64,000 bases of DNA, from the NCBI GenBank assembly GCA_963834265.1, contig CAWIAU010000001.1, forward strand, positions 7,572-71,571. Direction: 5' to 3'. This document shows positions 1-9,554 of this stretch, piece by piece (the first letter of the stretch is position 1; the number at the start of each line of letters is the position of its first letter). A program made the position numbers and the translations under genes. The notes beneath the pieces were generated by a model. The model was not told where the DNA came from. It saw only the letters and a program-made list of their open reading frames with translations, and ran no database searches. The DNA comes from an uncultured bacterium. Lineage in GTDB: Bacteria; Patescibacteriota; Saccharimonadia; Saccharimonadales; 2-12-FULL-41-12.

Positions 1-231
1 CAAAGCTAGTATATATGCAGGCAATTGTTTGAGTTTTGCGTATAAATTACGTAGTTTCATGGAAATGGTTTCCTTTTTAGTTACGCTATTGTTACGTATA
101 ACTTTGGCAATAGTTTCATGAACGCCTGTTTTCCCAACGACGCGCATAGTATTCGCAATGAATTTTTCATTACCTTTCATATGCTCCGGCCGGGAAGCGA
201 TGAGCTGTTGATCAATGTTAGCTTTTTTCAT
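1..231 (-). CDS. hypothetical protein, N-terminal part only (runs off window edge); possible anti-sigma partner of the ECF sigma
   Basis: The frame is open from the ATG at 231 to position 1 (MKKANIDQQLIASRPEHMKGNEKF...). Its ATG overlaps the sigma stop codon as ATGA (228-231). No anti-sigma zinc motif is seen, so the role is inferred from position only. Confidence 0.35.
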   Translation of the reverse strand, partial: MKKANIDQQLIASRPEHMKGNEKFIANTMRVVGKTGVHETIAKVIRNNSVTKKETISMKLRNLYAKLKQLPAYILAL

Positions 232-746
232 GATAATTCCTCCTTCAGTTGAAGTTTGGCCCGTCTTATCCATGTACGAACTGTGTTGAGCGGTACATTT
301 ACCTGGTTGGCTATTTCGCGGTAGCTTTTGCCATGCCAATAGTAGGCTTCGATCACTTCACGGTATTCCGGCGGCATTAGCTGTGATACCGCATCTCGTA
401 TTTCCTGTTTTTCTTCCTCCTCAATAAATGTCGGCATTGTAACATCTGCAAATAATTCAATGTTATCAACATCTGCTTTCCGCTTATTTTTGCGCAGATA
501 GTCTATGGCGAGGTTAGTTGCTATCTTGTATAACCAGGTGGAAAAACGCGCTTTTTCAGAATCAAAATCATCGAGTCTGAGGTATGCCCTTACAAATGCT
601 TCCTGAGACAGATCTTCCGCTTCGTCCCTATCGCCGACTAAATTTTCACAGTGAATAATAAGTCCTACATGGTAACGACGCACTAGTTCCTCGTAGCGAT
701 CGGCACCACTACGGATTGCTTCTATAATCTCAGTTTCGTTCATCAT
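228..746 (-). CDS. ECF-type RNA polymerase sigma factor
   Basis: 172 aa with sigma-70 region 2 (DLSQEAFVRAYLRLDDF, WLYKIATNLAIDYLRK) and a region 4 HTH (SYREIANQVNVPLNTVRTWIRRAK). Confidence 0.9.
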   Translation of the reverse strand: MMNETEIIEAIRSGADRYEELVRRYHVGLIIHCENLVGDRDEAEDLSQEAFVRAYLRLDDFDSEKARFSTWLYKIATNLAIDYLRKNKRKADVDNIELFADVTMPTFIEEEEKQEIRDAVSQLMPPEYREVIEAYYWHGKSYREIANQVNVPLNTVRTWIRRAKLQLKEELS

Positions 747-755
747 ACTTAACTA

Positions 756-780
756 TACGCATTCAGGCTGTAAAAGTTTC
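756..780 (-). promoter_or_regulatory. candidate ECF-type autoregulatory promoter (GAAAC-N16-CGTA)
   Basis: On the minus strand, GAAAC (780-776), a 16-nt spacer and CGTA (759-756) end about 10 nt before the ATG at 746. There is no Shine-Dalgarno in between. This is a pattern match only. Confidence 0.3.
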
Positions 781-854
781 AGAATTCGATACAAGTATAT
801 AGACGCAGATTTTGGTCTTTTTATTATCGGGCTAATCTCTCTATACTTAATATT

Positions 855-1625
855 GTGAATAAATTCACCGCCCTTCTGGCAAACTCAAGATTTTATATAT
901 TGGCAACTTCTCTGCTGCTCAGTATATTTATTGCTGCGTATCTTAGAATCCATATACCGGACGATAGGTTGTACTACATACGTACCGAGCAGATATTTGG
1001 TTTGATATCTGTTGTATTCCTGTATATGGCCGTTATTCTGACGCCCATTAGTAAACTGATCGGTAAAAAGCTGTGGTTGCAGAAGCTGTTATTTGCCCGA
1101 CGCGGGTTTGGAGTATCTGCGGCATATTTTGCGATACTACATGTTTACCTGGTTATGACCGAGCAGATTGGCGGCTTCAGTGGCTTAACACTACTACCCA
1201 TGCGATTCAAAGTTTCTTTTATTCTCGGTACTTTAGCGCTCGTTATTTTATTTTTAATGGCCGCCACATCCTTTGATAAAGCTATCAAAGTCATGACGTT
1301 CCCGCGCTGGAAAATGCTGCATCGTTTCGTATATCCGGCCGGTTTGTTAATCATTGTGCACATTTGGCTGATAGGTACTCATGCCGAAAAGAGTGTTGTG
1401 CGCATAGCAGGCTTTGTAGCTCTTGGCATTTTGTTCGCACTGGAGGCTATGCGTATCTCGAATATTATAGCTATCCGTTACAAGATGGACCGGGCGAGGA
1501 ATGTGCTGGTTTTTGTGATGCTATTTGTGCTTATGACAGGAGCGCTTTTTCTGTTGCCGGTTCTGACGAAGAATTATCATAGCGAACATCATGATGATAA
1601 TTCAGCAGGGATGAGTTCACATTGA
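855..1625 (+). CDS. ferric-reductase-like / MsrQ(YedZ)-like heme-b transmembrane protein
   Basis: 256-aa polytopic membrane ORF with a GTG start and conserved His in TM helices (FAILHVYLV, IIVHIWLIGTH). It ends in TGA. Confidence 0.55.
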   Translation: MNKFTALLANSRFYILATSLLLSIFIAAYLRIHIPDDRLYYIRTEQIFGLISVVFLYMAVILTPISKLIGKKLWLQKLLFARRGFGVSAAYFAILHVYLVMTEQIGGFSGLTLLPMRFKVSFILGTLALVILFLMAATSFDKAIKVMTFPRWKMLHRFVYPAGLLIIVHIWLIGTHAEKSVVRIAGFVALGILFALEAMRISNIIAIRYKMDRARNVLVFVMLFVLMTGALFLLPVLTKNYHSEHHDDNSAGMSSH

Positions 1626-2164
1626 AAAAATATATTTATATATTCAGTCTTATCATAATGACGACCATAGTGTGGTCTGCTCAGGTAAAAGCACATGTCC
1701 TGCTCAGGGATCCCAAGGTAAATATCGGGGCAGTCCTGCACATAAATCCCGATGATGATCCAATCGCCGGTGAGATAAGCGAATTATATTTCGACTTGCA
1801 GGACCAGAATAGTCAGGTGAGAATTGCGTACTCCGGCTATGAATTAATTGTGACGGACGAAAAGGGTACAGACGTGCAGGCCCCGCTTACAATATCCGAC
1901 ACCACATTGATCGCAAAATATAACTTTCCGTCTCAGGGTTTATATAAACTTACTCTACGATCAAAGGCCAGCTATGATCAGTTTCAGAAAGTTTCTATGG
2001 AGGATAGTCTGCGAGTCAGCAGAGGAATCAATAGCGGTGCGCGCGCTCAGACAAAATATCCTCTTGCCAATGCCGTAGTACTGATCAGTGCGGTTGCACT
2101 CGGAGTTCTGGCCATCGTGGCGTTTAATTACCGACGGGTTATCGCTGGACACAGCAGGTTTTAA
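1622..2164 (+). CDS. secreted, membrane-anchored protein, weakly CopC-like
   Basis: The TTG start overlaps the previous stop. A signal peptide ends VKA|HVLL, giving a mature N-terminal His, followed by a beta-rich body and a C-terminal TM helix. Only the overall pattern resembles CopC. Confidence 0.4.
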   Translation: MKKYIYIFSLIIMTTIVWSAQVKAHVLLRDPKVNIGAVLHINPDDDPIAGEISELYFDLQDQNSQVRIAYSGYELIVTDEKGTDVQAPLTISDTTLIAKYNFPSQGLYKLTLRSKASYDQFQKVSMEDSLRVSRGINSGARAQTKYPLANAVVLISAVALGVLAIVAFNYRRVIAGHSRF

Positions 2165-2217
2165 GCTATATACTCTGTATTAATAGTTAATAAAGTGAAG
2201 TATTATAGGAGAAATCA

Positions 2218-2880
2218 ATGAATAGTATTAAAAAACAAGTATACATAGGAGTCGCAATTATAGCGGCGATGACATTATTATTAACCGGCTCAGCATTCGC
2301 GCATGTTGTCGTTAAACCGGCCGAAGTGTTAACCGGAGCCTTCCACACTTTCAATACCGGCGTACCCAACGAAAAAGATATTCCGACTGTTGCTGTTAAA
2401 TTACTGATACCTGAGAATTTGCAGCATGTTTCTCCGACGGTTAAGCCGGGCTGGACAATTAGTGTAGAAAAAGTTGGCGAAGGCGAAGACGCAGTAGTCA
2501 AATCTATCACCTGGAGTGGCGGCAGTATACCGGCCGGCCAGCGTGATGACTTCACTTTCAGCGCTAAAGCACCGGACAAAACAGGTGATCTGCAGTGGAA
2601 AGCCTACCAGACCTACGAAAGCGGCGAGATAGTTGCCTGGGACCAGGATCCATCCCAAAAGGGCGAGGATACCAAGCCGTTCTCCATAACAAAAGCTGCC
2701 GCCAAGGCCACTAATACGAATTCTGCAGCCGCAACGGAGGATAAGAAAGATTCTGACAACGGCGCCAAAACAATAGGATATGCCGCACTGGCAATATCAT
2801 TTGTCGCTCTTGCCGTAAGCACGCGCAAACCAGGCACCACACCTGCTGCAACCCCGGCTGCCACAAAGAAAAAAAAATAA
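2218..2880 (+). CDS. ycnI: YcnI-family (DUF1775) copper-binding protein, membrane anchored
   Basis: AGGAG RBS. After the signal peptide comes AHVVVKPAEV...NTGVPNEKDIPT...ITWSGGSIPAGQRDDFTFSAKAPDK...WKAYQTY, a close pattern match to B. subtilis YcnI. A C-terminal TM helix and a Lys tail follow. Confidence 0.85.
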   Translation: MNSIKKQVYIGVAIIAAMTLLLTGSAFAHVVVKPAEVLTGAFHTFNTGVPNEKDIPTVAVKLLIPENLQHVSPTVKPGWTISVEKVGEGEDAVVKSITWSGGSIPAGQRDDFTFSAKAPDKTGDLQWKAYQTYESGEIVAWDQDPSQKGEDTKPFSITKAAAKATNTNSAAATEDKKDSDNGAKTIGYAALAISFVALAVSTRKPGTTPAATPAATKKKK

Positions 2881-2890
2881 ACTCTTCTTT

Positions 2891-4060
2891 TTACTTTTTT
2901 CTACTGGTTGTTTTAACTGCGACTTCGGATAAATTGTAGGCGGGTCGCGGGGTTCTGTGGAATAGTTCAAGCAACAGCATTCCGGCTCCTCCCCAGAAAG
3001 CTATCAATATCGCCAGGAAACCAATAATCGGAATGAAATATGTAAGCAGCAGCACGGTTGCTCCTGCGAGCATGATGACAAGCGGCTGAACTGAGCCACG
3101 CAATATCAACCGGCCCAGATAATAGCCGAATATCGGCCCGCTGAGGATCATTACAACCAGCCATGACAACCCTATCAGTATCGCAAGCGGTATGCCGACC
3201 AGCGTAAGCGCCAAACCGATCAGAATAACCGGCACGACGAGTCCCGCCAGCAAACCGACGAGCAGCGCTTTCCATGGCCGCGGTAAGCCCCGATCCGTAA
3301 CCCTTTGCAGCATACGGGGGAATAATAGCACTAATACCATCGATGTAACGAGCATAGCCAGGAACAAATAGATAAACCAGCCGTTCACGAAGCTACCCTC
3401 TGACTTTGACTCCCGAGGAGCTTCGCTACGGGTAATTTTACCGCCTACTAAGGCTTCGCTCGCTTTTTTGATCTCGTTATTACTCCGGAATTCTATGTTT
3501 CCCTGCACCCGGGCACCGCCGCCGAGTTCAAGATTTTCGATATTACCTTTGATATCACGCCCGACTGAATTCGCAATGAGTATACTACCCCCTCCGGCAG
3601 CGATATCACGGCCTACGCTGCCGCTGAATGTTCCGTCAGAAGAACCCAACGTGACATCGCCACCGATCTTTGCTCCGGAGCTAAGCATAAAAGACTGGCC
3701 CCCAATGGTTGCGTTGCCGGATACGGTGCCTCCGACCGTGATGCTTTGGCCGGCAAGCCGCACATCACCATTTACTGTACCGTTGACTGTTAGTGTCTGG
3801 CCGGCGCATATTACGTCGCCGTGCACGGTTCCACTGATAGTAACTGTCTGGCCGGCGCAGAAAACATCACCGAATACTTCGCTGCTTATATTGATAGTAT
3901 TGCCCGCGGCAAATAAGCTATGGTCAATTCTTTCCTGCTTGTCAGCGACAACATTGGTTCCGCTTCGGAAACTATGAGCATTAGTCAGCCCCGCATATCC
4001 TGCGAAAGATATAGTTACCAATACTACGGCACTGAGTAATATTTTGTATTTTCTCACCAT
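2891..4060 (-). CDS. bactofilin-like beta-helix repeat protein fused to a polytopic membrane domain
   Basis: GAGGAG RBS and an N-terminal signal/anchor. It carries iterated G(T/D)V.GDV..AGQ..T(V/I).G repeats typical of polymer-forming cytoskeletal (DUF583) proteins, then about 5 TM helices. Confidence 0.6.
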   Translation of the reverse strand: MVRKYKILLSAVVLVTISFAGYAGLTNAHSFRSGTNVVADKQERIDHSLFAAGNTINISSEVFGDVFCAGQTVTISGTVHGDVICAGQTLTVNGTVNGDVRLAGQSITVGGTVSGNATIGGQSFMLSSGAKIGGDVTLGSSDGTFSGSVGRDIAAGGGSILIANSVGRDIKGNIENLELGGGARVQGNIEFRSNNEIKKASEALVGGKITRSEAPRESKSEGSFVNGWFIYLFLAMLVTSMVLVLLFPRMLQRVTDRGLPRPWKALLVGLLAGLVVPVILIGLALTLVGIPLAILIGLSWLVVMILSGPIFGYYLGRLILRGSVQPLVIMLAGATVLLLTYFIPIIGFLAILIAFWGGAGMLLLELFHRTPRPAYNLSEVAVKTTSRKK

Positions 4061-4171
4061 AGAATTTTCTCCTCTTATAGGCTTAGCCTACGCCACAAAA
4101 GGCAGGTTTACAATATTTAACCCTACCCAATGTAGTGTAAGTCCGTAACATTCAAATGATATGATGGACTT

Positions 4172-4699
4172 ATGAAAACAGTATTTTTGGACAGAGACGG
4201 TACAATTATTGTTGATCCGCCCGACCTGCGCGTGGATAAGATAGAGAAGATCGAACTTTTCCCTGATAGTATTGAGGCACTTGCCTATCTTGCACGGCAT
4301 GATTTTAATGCCGTAATCATAACTAACCAAGCAGGTGTAGCCGAAAACCGGATTAACGAAGAAGAATTCTGGACCATCCACAATGAGGCGTTGAAAATGT
4401 TAGCACCAAGCGGGATAAAAATACTGAAGACATACATGTCCCCGCATGGTCAGGGTGAAGTAAATGAATGGCGCAAGCCATGACCGGGCATGCTACTTCA
4501 AGCTGCAAAAGACTTTGGCCTGAACTTATCTGACATATACATGGTTGGCGATAGCCACTCTGATATCATGGCCGGCATTAACGCCGGTACCAAAACTGTG
4601 CTGGTCAAAACAGCTAACATGAATGTCGAAGCGTCTGAAGCCGACTACACCGCACCGAATCTGATGGACGCCGTAAAGTATATTGTCGCCCACAGCTAA
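4172..4699 (+). pseudogene. gmhB: HAD-IIIA phosphatase (GmhB-type) interrupted by one in-frame TGA at 4481-4483
   Basis: ORFs 4172-4483 and 4490-4699 are in the same frame. Joined, they give FLDRDGT ... IITNQ ... RKP*PGMLL ... MVGDSHSDI, which is all four HAD motifs. Confidence 0.7.
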
Positions 4700-4862
4700 A
4701 TAATACACTCAGGAAATTCCTTGGTTTTTAGTGACAGTAAATTACTTCAACGATTGCTTACCAAAGGAGTCAATTAGGCAAAATGAGCATAAAGGCGTAT
4801 AATAAGGAGTAATAAACGTTAGCTTGGAGATCTGAGCAACTATAGAGTAAAGGTTTGATAGC

Positions 4863-5111
4863 ATGTCAACGGTAAAGAAAAAAAGCAGTTTCTTCGGATC
4901 TGAGGTAGCAATTCAAATTGAACAAACACTCCGGTCAATGGCAGAAGACGTCAGATATAATACGGACTCCACATATAGTGCTGATGCCGTGCAGTATCCC
5001 AATAACCTGATACCGTTTGTCGACAAACATATGAACTATCTCAAGACTCATCCGAGTGTAGATCCTCATCATTATGTATCAAATTTACGCCTGATGACTC
5101 TGATCAGATAA
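4863..5111 (+). CDS. hypothetical protein (82 aa)
   Basis: Isolated ORF in an otherwise noncoding gap; no recognisable motif. Confidence 0.4.
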   Translation: MSTVKKKSSFFGSEVAIQIEQTLRSMAEDVRYNTDSTYSADAVQYPNNLIPFVDKHMNYLKTHPSVDPHHYVSNLRLMTLIR

Positions 5112-5120
5112 GTTTCATCG

Positions 5121-5149
5121 TTGACAGCAAATAATGTTTGTGCTAGTAT
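5121..5149 (+). promoter_or_regulatory. sigma-70-type promoter for the DEAD-box helicase
   Basis: TTGACA (5121-5126), a 17-nt spacer ending in TGc, then TAGTAT (5144-5149). It would give a leader of about 110 nt. Confidence 0.5.
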
Positions 5150-5262
5150 ATAAGTAATTGTTTTAATGGATCCGGGTTCAAATAGCTTTATTACTTTGGC
5201 TTCATACTGACAATCGACAGGTATCACGAGTAATAACTATAAAAACCAAAGGATCTTTTTTA

Positions 5263-6465
5263 ATGTCTTATTCATATCGTTCCAGTAAACCATCATCAAT
5301 GGCCAGCCGTAACTCACGGGGCCGTAGCGGACAAAGAAGTAATAATCGTGCGCATATGGGCCAGTATATCGACCCGAGCCGATTCGTAAAAGTGGCTACA
5401 ATATCTGAGGCTGAGGCATATACGCCTATGCACACATTTGTCGACTTTGACCTGCACTCTATATTGCAAACAAATCTCAGCGCCAAAGGGTATTTCATTC
5501 CTTCGCCTATTCAGGATCAGGCCATACCTGCAGCGCTAGCCGGCAAAGACGTTATCGGTATAGCGAGCACCGGCACCGGCAAAACGGCAGCATTTGCTCT
5601 GCCAATTCTCCAACGGCTTATTTCTGAAAAAGGCGGCGCAGCACTGATCGTAGCTCCTACCCGTGAGCTTGCACAGCAAATCGAAGAAGAATGCCGTGCA
5701 CTTGCCAAAGGCAGCGGGCTATCCGGAGCAATCCTGATCGGCGGCACGAGCATGGGCAACCAGCTGCGTGATCTGCGTGCGCAACCCCGTGTTGTTATCG
5801 GTACTCCCGGCCGCATCAAGGATCATCTGCAGCGCGGAACGCTAAAGCTGAATAATTTCAATATGGTAGTTCTGGACGAAGTAGATCGCATGCTGGACAT
5901 GGGATTTATAAATGATGTCACAGAAATTCTGAGCCGTCTCTCAGACAACCGCCAGTCATTCTTTTTCTCCGCAACTATGGACCCCAAGGTTCGTACGCTG
6001 ATAAATACCTTTACGCAGGATCCCTTCACCATATTACTCAAAGCGAGTGCAACTAATGAGAATATACACCAGGATGTAGTGCGCTACCAGGGCAATATAG
6101 ATAAGATCAGCAAACTGCAGGATATTTTACTCAAATCAGAAGTCGCCAAAGTCATTGTATTTGATGAGACCCAGCGCAGTGTCGAACGCCTCAGCAACGA
6201 GTTAATCAGCCGCGGATTCCCGGCAGATGCAATACACGGTGGCAAATCACAGGGTCAGCGTCAGCGCGCTCTAAGCAGATTCAAGAAAAATGAAGTCAGC
6301 ATATTAGTTGCTACCGACGTAGCAGCCCGCGGTATTGACGTCGTTGATATCACACATGTTATCAACTTCTCACTTCCCAAAGCTTACGACGACTATATCC
6401 ACCGTATAGGACGTTCCGGACGAGCCGGCCAGGTTGGCTACGCCCTGACATTTATCGCCAACTAA
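5263..6465 (+). CDS. DEAD-box ATP-dependent RNA helicase
   Basis: Q motif (PSPIQDQAIP), motif I ASTGTGKTAAF, Ia PTRELA, II DEVD, III SAT, VI HRIGRSGRAG. Confidence 0.95.
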   Translation: MSYSYRSSKPSSMASRNSRGRSGQRSNNRAHMGQYIDPSRFVKVATISEAEAYTPMHTFVDFDLHSILQTNLSAKGYFIPSPIQDQAIPAALAGKDVIGIASTGTGKTAAFALPILQRLISEKGGAALIVAPTRELAQQIEEECRALAKGSGLSGAILIGGTSMGNQLRDLRAQPRVVIGTPGRIKDHLQRGTLKLNNFNMVVLDEVDRMLDMGFINDVTEILSRLSDNRQSFFFSATMDPKVRTLINTFTQDPFTILLKASATNENIHQDVVRYQGNIDKISKLQDILLKSEVAKVIVFDETQRSVERLSNELISRGFPADAIHGGKSQGQRQRALSRFKKNEVSILVATDVAARGIDVVDITHVINFSLPKAYDDYIHRIGRSGRAGQVGYALTFIAN

Positions 6466-6504
6466 ATAACAACCCTCAGCCTTTTGTAAGATGTTGGCTA
6501 TACT

Positions 6505-8430
6505 CTAAATTTCCTGACATATCGGGGTGCCATTAGCATCAGTGCCACCCTCAATCCTATATAGTGCTATAAAGGTTCGTTTGGTTGCACCTGTAACAAC
6601 GCCCCGGGTACCGGCCTGATCACATTTCATATTGGTCATGATGAAAAGCTGTGTTGTGTCAGGGGGCGCTGCCTGGGTGCCCCCCGGATTTACTGCGTAT
6701 TTTACGTTAGCTGTCTTATAAATATCAGTTTTCGCATTTGCCATAACCTGAGCATTGAAAACGGCACTAGTGGCAGGGACATTACCATTATTATTCGCAA
6801 CATACTCATTCATGGCTGCGGCAACCCGGCTTACGTCATTCTTGCGCTGTGTATTGCGGGAATTGGTTTGTAAGCCTGATGCCCCGGACTCACCGCTGCC
6901 ACTATTATTTTCAATGCCGCTTAGATATGTTGGGTCGAAACCAAAGCGGGTCAGAATGTCTTTTACAGGAATAGCGCCGGCCGGTTTATCGGCTTTAACT
7001 TCACCGTCATATGGTTTGGCAGCCAGGCTGCCTTCAATCCGGAAGTCGCCGAAGAAAGCGTCGTCCTCTGCCGAAGCAGTTAATCCGGCTTTCGAAGTAA
7101 ATGACCTGACATCAACGTCAAGCGTAAATTTAATGTCGATACCACCATAGTCATCATGATATTTGCTAAATAGTGCTAATTTATCACCGCCGGTATAGAT
7201 TTGTCCAATATCTGTATAGGCAGTTTTTTCTGTAATGTTCGTATAGTAGCGAATTTTGTGAATAACCTTATACTTAGCATCTATCCACATCTCGAATGTT
7301 TCATCTTCCAGCTCTTTGACCGAGCTATCGCAGCTCCCGATCGACGTTTTTTTGGCATCTTCGATGTCTTTATCGTCCAGATTGGCGATTTTTTTGACTG
7401 CTATCTGACTCAAAACTTTATCTGACAAAGCCTTGCAGTATTCTGCAGCATGTGACCTGTTAATTCCAACTTTATAGTGAAACGAGTTGATGCCTTCGGC
7501 AGTTTTTTCTTTACCCAGATATTCGCGGTTTTCAAAAACAGCTTTATTGGCATCGGCTGTAAACAAGTACTCGTTACCTACATCCGAAACAGCGCGTATA
7601 AGGTCAGCGATTTCTCCGGCAGATATATTCTCTTTATTCTTATGTTCGACAGGCGGTAAGAATCCGGCTCCAAGCGACTCCAGAAAGTCTGCTTCAACGG
7701 AAATCCATTTGCCTTCATAATCTGAAAGTCCCGGAGCATAGTCATCTGCTCCCATGCTTTTCAGCCCCGTCAGCTGAAAATAAAGATCCGGAAATCGTTT
7801 ATCTTTTTGTAAATCTGTTAGAAATTTAAGTCCAAGTGTTCGATCTGATTCACCGGGAGAACTGATTTTAAAATCAAGATTGCCATTTGACTTAGTTGGA
7901 TCCAGCTTTACATTAAATGTACCGTTGAAACCGCCGTCTTCTATCGTAGATACTTCCAGCAAGCCGTCCAGCTCGGAACCTTTTTTGATCTGTTCCAGTT
8001 TATCTTTTTCTGTCGCCTGATCGATTAGTTTGTCCACTACTTTGCCTGAGCGGTCCAGACCTGTTCTATAGACATTCTCCGGCTTATTGGGCAGATAATA
8101 ACCAAAAACAACGCCGGCTGACAAAAATATAGTAAGAATGGTACCGACTGTAAGCGCTATGATGAGCTTTTTCTTACTCTTTTTTTGTGGCGGAGGAGAT
8201 TCACCCTCCGGAACACTGTAAAAAGCAGTCGGCACGTCACCCGCTACATGAGGTGAAACACCAGGCTGAGCGGTTGGCCGGGCGGGGACAGGAGCGGTAT
8301 TATCGGAGTAAATGGGTGGAGGGACAGGATTATCAGGAGCGAAGGTCTGGTCAGGTGGTGCAGATGAGACATTAACCGGGTCCGGATTATTCTCATTTTG
8401 TGTTGGATTAAATTCATGTTTTGGGTCCAT
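6505..8430 (-). CDS. large surface protein: Pro-rich cytoplasmic tail, single TM, extracellular domain
   Basis: 641 aa. The N-terminal 85 aa are Pro-rich, followed by KKSKKK and a TM helix. The C-terminal about 110 aa (RNTQRKNDVSRVAAAMNEYVANNNG...C...C) resemble the globular part of type IV pilins. Confidence 0.7.
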   Translation of the reverse strand: MDPKHEFNPTQNENNPDPVNVSSAPPDQTFAPDNPVPPPIYSDNTAPVPARPTAQPGVSPHVAGDVPTAFYSVPEGESPPPQKKSKKKLIIALTVGTILTIFLSAGVVFGYYLPNKPENVYRTGLDRSGKVVDKLIDQATEKDKLEQIKKGSELDGLLEVSTIEDGGFNGTFNVKLDPTKSNGNLDFKISSPGESDRTLGLKFLTDLQKDKRFPDLYFQLTGLKSMGADDYAPGLSDYEGKWISVEADFLESLGAGFLPPVEHKNKENISAGEIADLIRAVSDVGNEYLFTADANKAVFENREYLGKEKTAEGINSFHYKVGINRSHAAEYCKALSDKVLSQIAVKKIANLDDKDIEDAKKTSIGSCDSSVKELEDETFEMWIDAKYKVIHKIRYYTNITEKTAYTDIGQIYTGGDKLALFSKYHDDYGGIDIKFTLDVDVRSFTSKAGLTASAEDDAFFGDFRIEGSLAAKPYDGEVKADKPAGAIPVKDILTRFGFDPTYLSGIENNSGSGESGASGLQTNSRNTQRKNDVSRVAAAMNEYVANNNGNVPATSAVFNAQVMANAKTDIYKTANVKYAVNPGGTQAAPPDTTQLFIMTNMKCDQAGTRGVVTGATKRTFIALYRIEGGTDANGTPICQEI

Positions 8431-8591
8431 AACGGGTTCCTGTATCCTGCCGACACTACGGCATTATTGTATGATTTGCCTGAAGTATAGCATAAGCACA
8501 GTTACTTACGGTTACCTGACTAAAGTGGTAGTCATTTTATATGATCATTTATACAAGTTATACTTGATGCTGTTGATGGGAAGGACAGTCA

Positions 8592-9554
8592 ATGAAAAAG
8601 TATTCTAATAAATGGCCTTACGTAGGTTTGGTTGTAGTGGCATGGGTTGCCTATATACTGCTCACAATATCCGCACCCGCCACACCGGACAATCCACAAA
8701 CAAGTAACTTAAGCACTGCTGCTCTGACGATTCTTACCCTGTCAATACTTGCGCCTTATTTGCTGACATGGCTTATCGCGGTAATCGGATGGTACAATTT
8801 CAGCTGGTTTGCGACAGATGCAGTGTACAAAAAAATTCCGGGGCACCAAGGCATTATCTATATATCACGTGGACTCGGAATATTAATTTTTGACCTTATC
8901 CTGGTGCCAATGTTCAGTGTGATACGTAGAATATGGGGCGATGACGAACCAACTGCGGCATTTATAACTATCTTGAGTAATTACTTCCATGTAGTTATTC
9001 CGCTGGTAGCCTTTAGCTTTATGTACATTGGATCGCTCAAATTAGCAGCAAGCGGACACTATGCATCAGCGATACGCATCAGAATATTGCCGGCATTGCT
9101 GGCAACAATTGTTTTTATTGCGCTATTTTGTCTCGCCGTTACAGGCAATACATCCAGACAAGTAGCTCACGGTGCCGGTCAATTTGCCAGTTTCTATATA
9201 TCCGATCCTCTAATAATTTTGACAATTATTATTCCTCTGGCTATAACATGGTTTTTGGGCCTTCAAACTGCCCTTAACACTGAACGATACATGCATTCTT
9301 TTTTGCAGCCTGTATGGCGAACTGCTATTATCCATTTATTCCATGGTTTACTGGCAATAGTTAGCAGTGCAATTATATTGCAAGCCATAACCGCTTTTGG
9401 TAACCACCAACTTCAACAAATCAGTTTTGTATTGCTGTTGGTAATCCTGTTTTTATTTATTTTTTTACAAGCTGCAGGATATTTCCTTATACGCAAAGGT
9501 GCTAAACAGCTGCGTAGTTTAATTAAAACCGGTACTCCTCATGAGATTGATTGA
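8592..9554 (+). CDS. polytopic membrane protein of unknown function
   Basis: 320 aa with about 8 hydrophobic helices. Its 3' end overlaps the downstream histidine kinase gene by 14 nt. Confidence 0.6.
   Translation: MKKYSNKWPYVGLVVVAWVAYILLTISAPATPDNPQTSNLSTAALTILTLSILAPYLLTWLIAVIGWYNFSWFATDAVYKKIPGHQGIIYISRGLGILIFDLILVPMFSVIRRIWGDDEPTAAFITILSNYFHVVIPLVAFSFMYIGSLKLAASGHYASAIRIRILPALLATIVFIALFCLAVTGNTSRQVAHGAGQFASFYISDPLIILTIIIPLAITWFLGLQTALNTERYMHSFLQPVWRTAIIHLFHGLLAIVSSAIILQAITAFGNHQLQQISFVLLLVILFLFIFLQAAGYFLIRKGAKQLRSLIKTGTPHEID

Noticed and set aside
4481-4483. The in-frame TGA as evidence for an alternative genetic code (TGA = Gly or Trp, as in Gracilibacteria/SR1 or mycoplasmas).
   Set aside because: TGA is the natural terminator of other well-supported genes here (855-1625, 8592-9554). 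Very long ORFs are also intact under the standard code, so recoding would have to be local and not genome-wide.
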